DNA of 64,000 nucleotides from Calditrichales bacterium (lineage in GTDB: Bacteria > Calditrichota > Calditrichia > Calditrichales > J004): contig OZ254086.1 of assembly GCA_965267575.1 (NCBI GenBank), positions 3,936,001 to 4,000,000 of the forward strand, in the 5' to 3' direction. Of the stretch, positions 10,915 through 18,203 are shown one piece after another (position 1 is the stretch's first letter; the number at the start of each line of letters is the position of its first letter). A model generated the notes under the pieces. That model saw only the letters and a list, made by a program, of their open reading frames with translations. It had not been told where the DNA came from and ran no database searches. The position numbers and the translations under genes were made by a program.

Positions 10915-10927
10915 CCCGTTAAACGAT

Positions 10928-11251
10928 TTATACGGCGAACGAACTGCCGCAACCACAGGTACGCGTGGCGTTTGGATTCTTAAAGACGAACCCGGCGCCG
11001 TTCAGACCATCCGTAAAATCCAGCTCGGTTCCCGCAAGATAAACGATGCTTTTGTTATCGATGACAACATCCACGCCGTCAAACTGCAGCTTTTGGTCGT
11101 TTTCAGTGATCTTCTCTTCAAAATCGAGAATATAGGTGAATCCCGAACAACCACCACCCTTAATGCCAACCCGGATGGCACAATTGCTTTTATTTTCCTG
11201 TTGAAGGATTTCCCTCATTTTATTGACTGCTTTTGGGCTTACACTAATCAT
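10928..11251 (-). CDS. A-type Fe-S cluster carrier (IscA/HesB/ErpA family)
   Basis: GGGCSG and CGCGSSF motifs. Start taken at ATG 11251, after GGAGG at 11256-11260. Confidence 0.92.
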   Translation of the reverse strand: MISVSPKAVNKMREILQQENKSNCAIRVGIKGGGCSGFTYILDFEEKITENDQKLQFDGVDVVIDNKSIVYLAGTELDFTDGLNGAGFVFKNPNATRTCGCGSSFAV

Positions 11252-11284
11252 TAAACCTCCCATAAAAATTCATTTCATAAATCC

Positions 11285-11304
11285 TTATAATCATAATTAT
11301 AACT
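11285..11304. promoter_or_regulatory. Candidate Fur/PerR-family operator upstream of the A-type carrier gene
   Basis: Palindrome TTATAAT-cata-ATTATAA; also reads as three tandem ATAAT-like hexamers. Confidence 0.35.
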
Positions 11305-11366
11305 TTAAACTTAATTGCAGTGTAAAATTAATTCCGCGACAGGCTGTGCCGGCGTTCAATTCACAC

Positions 11367-12968
11367 TTATCCGGACGCTCCGTTTTCCGGTACTTCCAGA
11401 TCGGCAAACTCATCCACCAGTTTAGATTCAATTGATTTGCGGATGACGCATACTTTTATCTGTCCCGGGTATTCCATGGTTTCCTTGATCTTGGCAGCGA
11501 TATCGGAAGAAAGGATCATGCATTGTTCGTCGGTTATCTTGGACGGTTCCACAATCACGCGTACTTCACGCCCGGCGCTGATCGCGTATGTCTTTTTAAC
11601 GCCGTCGAAGGAGTTGGCTATTTCCTCAAGCTGACTGATGCGCTTGGTGTATGCTTCAAGCGTATCGCGTCGTGCCCCCGGACGGCTGCCGCTGATCTTG
11701 TCCGCGGCGGTCACCAGAACCGAAATCGGCGAAATCGGATCGGCTTCTTCATGGTGCGCCAGGATCGAGTTTATAACGACCTCATGCTCGCGACATTTCT
11801 GGGCCAAATCAACGCCCAGCGTAACGTGGCTGCCTTCCGTATGGCTGCTGACGGCCTTGCCGATATCATGAAACAATCCCGCACGGCGGGCCAGCTTAAC
11901 GCTGAATCCAAGCTCGGAGGCCATTGCTCCGGCAAGAAACGCCACTTCCTTACTGTGCTGCAGCTGATTTTGCCCGTAGCTGTAGCGGTAGAGCAGTCTT
12001 CCCAGGTGCTCGCGCATCAACGGATGTACGTTTTGTAAACGCAAGTCACGCAGGGTATCATCCGCAGCTTTCTGCATGGTGCGGTTTACTTCACTTTTGG
12101 CTTTTTTCACCGCCTGCTGTATCGTGTTTACGTTGATATTTTTGCCCTTAATCAGGCTTTCCATGGCAACGCGGGCAATTTCGCGGGCTACAGGATCGAA
12201 TCCGGAAAGCACCACAAGTTCGGGTGTATCATCAACAATCACCTTCACCCCGGTTGCCTCTTCAAATGCCCGGATATTCTTACCTTCGCGTCCGATGATC
12301 ATGCCTTTAAAGCGCTCATTGGGCAGTTCCACATTGGATAGTGTGGATTCCATCGTAAAATCATAAGAAAGATTCTCAATGGCCGTAGCGATGATTTCCC
12401 TGGCTTCGCGCTGCGCTTTTTCTTTGGCCTCGCTACGGATGTAGTTCATGGCTTGGGCGGCTTCCACTTTTACCTTGTTCTCAAGGTTCTCCAGGAGGAT
12501 TTTGCGCGCGTCGTCTTCAGACATGTGCGCAATACGCTCCAGCTTGTGGTTCTGGTCTTCAATGATGGCGTCCAGTTTCTTGTGTTTTTCGAACAGCATC
12601 TCTTCCAGTTCATTTACGCTGCGCTCTTTGGCTTCCAGCCGCGTTTTCATTATGGAAAGCTGGTTGTCCTCGCGGCGAATTTCCTTTTCGCGCTGCTGCA
12701 TCTGGCTTTCCATACGGTTAACTTTTTCTTCTTTCTGACGCAGCTCATTCTGAAAGCGGGAACGCCTTTGCTGTAATTCCAGCTTAAAGTTATAAAGCCG
12801 TTCCTTCTTGATTTTTTCGGCTTCGCGCTGGGCTTTTTCAACGATCGATTTTACGGTGTTCTTGCTGCGCAGCAGAACAAGGTGGTAGACGGCCACGCCC
12901 GCAAAAAGTCCCAGCAACAACAGTCCCGCGTAAAGCAGGATCTGGCCGCTGTTTAGGTTTTCAAACAT
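11367..12968 (-). CDS. rny: Ribonuclease Y
   Basis: N-terminal TM helix, coiled coil, KH motif GMIIGREGKNIR, HD motif HDIGK and SGSRPGARR. Confidence 0.93.
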   Translation of the reverse strand: MFENLNSGQILLYAGLLLLGLFAGVAVYHLVLLRSKNTVKSIVEKAQREAEKIKKERLYNFKLELQQRRSRFQNELRQKEEKVNRMESQMQQREKEIRREDNQLSIMKTRLEAKERSVNELEEMLFEKHKKLDAIIEDQNHKLERIAHMSEDDARKILLENLENKVKVEAAQAMNYIRSEAKEKAQREAREIIATAIENLSYDFTMESTLSNVELPNERFKGMIIGREGKNIRAFEEATGVKVIVDDTPELVVLSGFDPVAREIARVAMESLIKGKNINVNTIQQAVKKAKSEVNRTMQKAADDTLRDLRLQNVHPLMREHLGRLLYRYSYGQNQLQHSKEVAFLAGAMASELGFSVKLARRAGLFHDIGKAVSSHTEGSHVTLGVDLAQKCREHEVVINSILAHHEEADPISPISVLVTAADKISGSRPGARRDTLEAYTKRISQLEEIANSFDGVKKTYAISAGREVRVIVEPSKITDEQCMILSSDIAAKIKETMEYPGQIKVCVIRKSIESKLVDEFADLEVPENGASG

Positions 12969-13087
12969 TTCGATCTCCGAATCTATTTAATCAGGATGGT
13001 AATCCTTTACTACCACAACTCCAATAAAAATATAATGATACAATCATAAAGACAAGCTATCAACAGCAACGTGAATAGCAACACATT

Positions 13088-14029
13088 CTAAGGAACATAA
13101 TTTTTTAACACTGTGCCGGTCTTTAACTCATAACCGTTTAAAAAAGCACGTACAGACATGCGCTTTTTGCCTTCCAGCTGTACATCGTCAATACGCAGGG
13201 CATAATCGCTGCAGGCAATATCAAAAGTGTCCCGATCAACCGCGATCACTTCACCCGGCACGTAAATGGAAGCCGCGATCTGCGTCACCTCGCTGCCAAA
13301 GAGCTTGAGCTTTTGCCCGTTGAGATAACAGAACGATCCGGGGTAAGGCGATAATCCGCGTATTCTGTTATGAACATCCCCGGCGTTGGCGCTAAAGTCA
13401 AGAAGCATCAATTCTTTGGTGATCTTGGGCGCCCGGGATGCCTGGGCATCATCCTGGGACAGAGGTCGTGCCTCCCCTTGTTCCAGTCGGTCCAGGCTTT
13501 CTATGAGCAGTGCCGCACCCTTTTGTGCCAGTATATCGTGCAGCTCTCCCGCGTTCATGTGCGGACCAATGGTAACGCGGTTCTGCTGGAGTATGTCGCC
13601 CGTATCCACCTTTGCATCGATCAGCATGGTGGTAATGCCCGTTTCCTTTTCTCCGTTGATGATCGCCCAGTTTATCGGCGCTGCCCCTCGGTACGCAGGC
13701 AGCAGAGAGGCATGGACGTTTACAGTGCCTTTAGGCGGGATCGTAAATATCTCACGAGGCAGGATTTTAAACGCCACCACTACAAAGCAATCGGCATTAA
13801 AACGCCTTAACTCATCCGCGAGACCGGGCTCCTTAAGAGATTCCGGTTGCAAAACGGGATAGCCGTACATCGAAGCAAACTTTTTTACCGGTGACGGCCG
13901 TACTTTTAGCCCCCTGCCCTGCGCCTTATCCGGCGTTGTTACAACCGCAACAACTTCGTGCGCCGATTGATGCAGGGCCTTAAGCGAGTTAACGGCAAAG
14001 TCCGGCGTGCCCATAAAGAGAACGCGCAT
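13088..14029 (-). CDS. fmt: Methionyl-tRNA formyltransferase
   Basis: FMGTPDFA and NVHASLLPAYRGAAPI motifs. Confidence 0.95.
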   Translation of the reverse strand: MRVLFMGTPDFAVNSLKALHQSAHEVVAVVTTPDKAQGRGLKVRPSPVKKFASMYGYPVLQPESLKEPGLADELRRFNADCFVVVAFKILPREIFTIPPKGTVNVHASLLPAYRGAAPINWAIINGEKETGITTMLIDAKVDTGDILQQNRVTIGPHMNAGELHDILAQKGAALLIESLDRLEQGEARPLSQDDAQASRAPKITKELMLLDFSANAGDVHNRIRGLSPYPGSFCYLNGQKLKLFGSEVTQIAASIYVPGEVIAVDRDTFDIACSDYALRIDDVQLEGKKRMSVRAFLNGYELKTGTVLKNYVP

Positions 14030-14032
14030 ACG

Positions 14033-14362
14033 TTATTTAGAGCCTTCTTTGCCGACGGTCATAACCACTTCGATGGCGGCTTTGTCCAGATTAAGCTTTA
14101 CGTTATCATCCACTTTAACAACGACTGTCTTGTTGTCATCGGTGAAACCAACAATCTTGCCGTGTACGCCGCCACGCGTGATGACGTTATCGCCCTTCTT
14201 GAGCTGCTCCAGCATTTGCTGTTTTTCTTTTTGTTTTTTCAGCTGTGGACGCATCATGAAAAAATAGATGACCACAAGAATGAGGATAAACGGTAAAAAG
14301 GACAGGAAAGGATTAGGCGCGTCTGCGGCCTGTGGTGCAAATAAAAATGCCAATGCGATCAT
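14033..14362 (-). CDS. yajC: Preprotein translocase subunit YajC
   Basis: TM helix, YFFMMRPQ and LKKGDNVITRGG; tgt-yajC synteny. Confidence 0.93.
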   Translation of the reverse strand: MIALAFLFAPQAADAPNPFLSFLPFILILVVIYFFMMRPQLKKQKEKQQMLEQLKKGDNVITRGGVHGKIVGFTDDNKTVVVKVDDNVKLNLDKAAIEVVMTVGKEGSK

Positions 14363-14390
14363 TGTAACTCCTATGATAAAATCTTTAGTG

Positions 14391-15401
14391 TTAAGAAGAT
14401 TTCAATACAAAATTCGGGAAATCTTCAAAGATTATTTTTTCTTTTAATGTCATATATATGATATCCAAAAGTTTGCGGGACGTAGCAATAATGGCCTTGC
14501 CGCTTCCCTTTTTGCTTTTTAATCGCTCATAAAAACTTCTCAGGTAAGCCGAATAACGAATGGCAATTAGAGTGCATTGAACAAGAGTTGTGCGCCCAAG
14601 TTTGCTGCCTTGTTTGGTTATCCGCCCCTGATGGATTGTTTCGTTCGAATTGTTGATACGCGGAACAACACCGAAAAAAGAGGCCAGTTTGCCGGAATCT
14701 GAAAAATCATTTATATCTCCGATGATGCTTAAAAGAATAGTTCCGCTTTTTTTGCCGATACCTTTTATGCTGGTGATGTTTTCGAATCCATCCAAATCCT
14801 TACCGGCGTCTTCAATCTGCTTATCTAATCGCTTGATGCCTTCATTTAAGGAGCGGATCTGACCGGCGATCACTTCCAGCTCAAGACGGGCTAATTCATT
14901 AACCGGATAATCTTTTAAACCATCCAGGCTTTTGTTACTGCTAAAGGCTTCACGTGATGTGACAATGCCATGAGCGTTTAAAATATTATGCACTTTATTT
15001 TTGAGTGCTGTGCGTAACTTTACCAGCTTATCCCGGGTATTGGCCAAACTCTTTAGTTGGCTTCGTTTTTCATCTTTCATACGTACCTCCGGCAGCATAT
15101 CCTTGCTTAAAAACAGCGCTAACTGCTCGGCATCCTGTTTGTCTGTCTTTTTTACCGAGTTACTGATGACTTTAAACTGACGCGGATTTACCACCACAAC
15201 CCGCTCTACATAATCTTTGATCTGATTTATAAAATAGCGGGTGTTGCCCGTGGATTCTACCGCTAAACGATCATCTTTATTTAAACTCTTTTTGAACGCA
15301 TCCAAACCGTGAATACTATATGTGGCAAAGTGGCTGGATTCTCCTTCCAGATAACATACCTGGAAATTGTTCTTGTGTAAATCTACTCCGATATTGCGCA
15401 T
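14391..15401 (-). CDS. IS110-family transposase / DEDD recombinase
   Basis: RuvC-like D7 (GVD), E49 (AVES), D87/D90 (KTDKQD). C-terminal Tnp domain with SIKGIG, GVVPRINNS (S252) and ITKQGS. RBS AGGAG at 15409-15413. Confidence 0.93.
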   Translation of the reverse strand: MRNIGVDLHKNNFQVCYLEGESSHFATYSIHGLDAFKKSLNKDDRLAVESTGNTRYFINQIKDYVERVVVVNPRQFKVISNSVKKTDKQDAEQLALFLSKDMLPEVRMKDEKRSQLKSLANTRDKLVKLRTALKNKVHNILNAHGIVTSREAFSSNKSLDGLKDYPVNELARLELEVIAGQIRSLNEGIKRLDKQIEDAGKDLDGFENITSIKGIGKKSGTILLSIIGDINDFSDSGKLASFFGVVPRINNSNETIHQGRITKQGSKLGRTTLVQCTLIAIRYSAYLRSFYERLKSKKGSGKAIIATSRKLLDIIYMTLKEKIIFEDFPNFVLKSS

Positions 15402-15449
15402 AATCCTGCTCCTGTTGGTTGGGATTTTATCATGCAGAGCAGAATGTTT

Positions 15450-15618
15450 ACCGGTTGTGCCATACTCCTATTCAGGGTCTTCTTGCCCTACGCCGACCTG
15501 CGCTTAAAGCTTGACCAGTCTCCTTTACGGGATCAATGTCCCACGTTTATGATACAGCCTTAAGCCTTTTCCGCTCCATTTAGAGAATTATGCTTCTAAA
15601 CGGAACTTGTCAACCGGC
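15450..15618 (-). ncRNA. Predicted bridge/seek RNA of the IS110 element
   Basis: Non-coding, with several hairpins: 15574-15605, 15529-15542 and 15474-15489, plus closing stems 15562-15568/15506-15512 and 15611-15617/15451-15457. Carries exact copies of both IS junctions (15518-15527 = 15633-15642; 15464-15471 = 14367-14374). RNA ends are estimated. Confidence 0.72.
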
Positions 15619-15625
15619 AGTTTAT

Positions 15626-16798
15626 TCATGTCGTCTCCTTTAATTCGTTTTCTTTATTGTTTTCCGGTTCCATTTTCCGGACCATTTCTTTCTTCCAGTT
15701 TTCAAAATTATTTTGCAGAATGTGTTCACGCGCCGTACGCATCAACTCCAGATAAAAATGGAGATTATGATGTGTTGTGAGCCAGATCCCGAACACCTCA
15801 TTGGCGTTCAGCAAATGGCGAATGTAGGCGCGCGAAAAGTTTTTGCAGCAATAGCAGCTGCAACCTTCATCAATCGGGCGTTCATCCTCTTTAAAGCGCG
15901 CTCCCTTGATAACCATTTTGCCGTTGCGGCCAAAAACAGTCCCGTTGCGCGCATTGCGTGTCGGCATAACGCAGTCGAACATGTCAACGCCGCGCGAGAT
16001 GGATTCCAGCAAATCGACAGGTGTTCCGACGCCCATCAGGTAACGTGGTTTATCCTGCGGCAGCATTGAGGTGCAAAATTGCGTTACACGAAACATATCT
16101 CTCTTGGGCTCGCCCACCGCCAGCCCGCCAATGGCATAACCCGGGAAGTCGAGCTCAATCAGGTCGCGCGCACTCTGTTCACGCAATTCCTCAAAAACAC
16201 CACCCTGAACAATCGCAAAAAGCCATTGATTGTATCCGTGCAACGGCGAAGAATTCTCGTATAATCCCCGTACTTCGCGGGCCCATTTGGTTGTCAACTT
16301 ATTGGATTCCGCCACATAATCAAACGGTGCGTCCGCGGGCGGGCATTCATCCAACACCATCATTATATCGCTGCCGATTTTGCGCTGTGTTTCCAGCACA
16401 CTTCCAGGCGTAAATGTATGATACGAACCATCAAGATGCGACTGAAAACGAACGCCCTTTTCATCAATGCGCCGCAGTTCTTTCAGGCTGTAAACCTGGT
16501 ATCCGCCGCTGTCGGTTAACACAGGTCCGCTCCAGCGCATAAATTTGTGAATACCGCCGAAACGTTCAAGCAATTCCGCGCCGGGCCGTATGTACAAATG
16601 ATAGGTATTGGCCAGTATGATCTGCGCTTGTACGTCATGCAAATCGCGGGGTGATTGCGTTTTAACACTGGCCTGGGTGCCAACGGGCATAAAAACCGGC
16701 GTTTCAACAACCCCGTGATCGGTTTTAAGCAGAGCGGCGCGCGCATTGCCGCCTTTTTCCGTATGTAGTAATCGAAATTGCAAAATGCTGTATCCCAA
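15626..16798 (-). CDS. tgt: tRNA-guanine transglycosylase
   Basis: TPVFMPVGT, LTDSGGYQV, DMFDCVMPTRNARNG and the CSCYCC Zn site. The last two codons and the stop are supplied by the IS end. Start codon uncertain. Confidence 0.95.
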   Translation of the reverse strand: MGYSILQFRLLHTEKGGNARAALLKTDHGVVETPVFMPVGTQASVKTQSPRDLHDVQAQIILANTYHLYIRPGAELLERFGGIHKFMRWSGPVLTDSGGYQVYSLKELRRIDEKGVRFQSHLDGSYHTFTPGSVLETQRKIGSDIMMVLDECPPADAPFDYVAESNKLTTKWAREVRGLYENSSPLHGYNQWLFAIVQGGVFEELREQSARDLIELDFPGYAIGGLAVGEPKRDMFRVTQFCTSMLPQDKPRYLMGVGTPVDLLESISRGVDMFDCVMPTRNARNGTVFGRNGKMVIKGARFKEDERPIDEGCSCYCCKNFSRAYIRHLLNANEVFGIWLTTHHNLHFYLELMRTAREHILQNNFENWKKEMVRKMEPENNKENELKETT

Positions 16799-16809
16799 AA
16801 ATGTAAATA

Positions 16810-18072
16810 TTAGGCGCGGCTGAAAATGGTACGATACCTTTCCAGATTCAGCTGGTCGGCATAAAAAATATCATCCAGAACCAGACCGACGGCGCCCAGC
16901 ACGGCGGCGCATTCTTTGAGGGCGGCGTGCTGCAGGCGCACAGCCATAATGGGGGTATGCAGGGCATCTTTATTGATGCGTTCGCGGATAAGCTCCAGCA
17001 AAAAGGGGTTGTAGGCGAATGGTTCGCCACCGATGAGCAAAACCTCAGGATTGAGCGTATTGATCAGGTTTATACAAAGCAATCCCACCAGGCCGGCATA
17101 TTCGTAAACTATCTCCAGGGCCAGCGGATCACCTTCCTGGGCTTTGTTAAAAATTTCGTCTGTACCCAAGTTTTCCAGGCACAATGCGGTTTTTACGTTT
17201 TCTTTTATCCCTTTTTGCGCGGCGCTTATCAATACGCTTTGCGACAAAATATCACCAAAATTTCGGTGACCGTTACGCGACAACCGGCGGAATTCAGCAC
17301 CGTCGCGTATGGCATACCCCACATCAAAATAACCCACCTCGCCGGCACTGGCGGACACACCGCGGTACAAATCACCATTTATAACAATGCCCGCACCGAT
17401 ACCGTCACCAATCCACAAAAACACCATATCACGCGAATTACGGCCGTTGCCAAAGCGGCATTCGCCAAATGTTATGGCTTTTACGTCGTTTTCTATAACT
17501 GTTTCAATATTGAAACGTTCTTCGATAATACTGGCGATCTCCACACCTTCCCAGTTCTTGTGTGAATCAGACTCCAGGATAAAGCCGCGTTTGTAGTCAA
17601 CCAGCCCGGGAATCGCCACGCCGATGCCCATCGCCTGTCCATGGCGCACCCATTTGATATTTTGGTATTCGTCGATATACTCAAAAATGCGCTTAAGGAT
17701 GGTTATTAGATCCGTTCCACGCGGGTAATGAATCGTATCATGGCGGTGTATGCGGGCATTCAGATCGGTCAGCGCAATTCGGGCATGATCGCGCTTAATC
17801 TCCAGGCCCAAAGCGTAGCCCGACAGTGGATTGAACTCCAGCAGGATCGGTTTGCGGCCGCCCACTTTGCTGGACTTGCCCATCCCCACTTCTTTGACAA
17901 ACCCTGTTTCCAGCAGTTTGGCAACAATCTCAGAAACGGTTGCCTTGGAGATTTTATATTTTTTTGAAAGCTGGGCGCGGGATAAAGGCCCGAAGTCTTT
18001 GATAAATCTAAGTATATTAAGTTCATTAAAATCGCGCACCAGGCGAGCGCCGTAGCCAAGCTTTCTAAGCAT
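16810..18072 (-). CDS. ROK-family transcriptional repressor (NagC/XylR-like)
   Basis: N-terminal wHTH (SRAQLSKKYKISKATVSEIV) and ROK motifs ENDV, GDGIGAGIV, AGEVG. Confidence 0.88.
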   Translation of the reverse strand: MLRKLGYGARLVRDFNELNILRFIKDFGPLSRAQLSKKYKISKATVSEIVAKLLETGFVKEVGMGKSSKVGGRKPILLEFNPLSGYALGLEIKRDHARIALTDLNARIHRHDTIHYPRGTDLITILKRIFEYIDEYQNIKWVRHGQAMGIGVAIPGLVDYKRGFILESDSHKNWEGVEIASIIEERFNIETVIENDVKAITFGECRFGNGRNSRDMVFLWIGDGIGAGIVINGDLYRGVSASAGEVGYFDVGYAIRDGAEFRRLSRNGHRNFGDILSQSVLISAAQKGIKENVKTALCLENLGTDEIFNKAQEGDPLALEIVYEYAGLVGLLCINLINTLNPEVLLIGGEPFAYNPFLLELIRERINKDALHTPIMAVRLQHAALKECAAVLGAVGLVLDDIFYADQLNLERYRTIFSRA

Positions 18073-18203
18073 TTATTAACCTTCAAGACGCAACCGTACA
18101 GACTGCATGTGATATATATTCCACTTATAAGGTTGTAAAAATACTAAATTTTAATCTAAATTTCATAATCTTATTCTTTCCAGCACAAAACGGGTTTAAA
18201 TTC

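Larger units (their letters stand above)
14368..15639 (-). mobile_element. IS110-family insertion sequence, apparently intact, inserted in the yajC Shine-Dalgarno sequence
   Basis: Bounded by a direct CTCCT repeat (14368-14372 and 15635-15639). Removing 1267 bp restores a tgt/yajC ATGA overlap. Contains a DEDD transposase, a long upstream non-coding end and a very short downstream end, and is visibly AT-richer than its flanks. Confidence 0.9.

Noticed and set aside
12969..13087. Possible 6S RNA or small hydrophobic ORF upstream of rny
   Set aside because: Only about 120 bp, AT-rich, with no long rod-like complementarity. The short ORFs lack an RBS.
14368..15639. Reading the CTCCT repeats as a classical 5-bp target-site duplication
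   Set aside because: IS110 enzymes recombine conservatively at a core shared by donor and target. The predicted donor guide itself contains AGGAG, so one copy probably belongs to the element.
18108..18123. CRP-like site TGTGA-N6-TTCCA in the ROK/DUF4954 spacer
   Set aside because: The second half-site matches only 3 of 5 positions in an AT-rich region.
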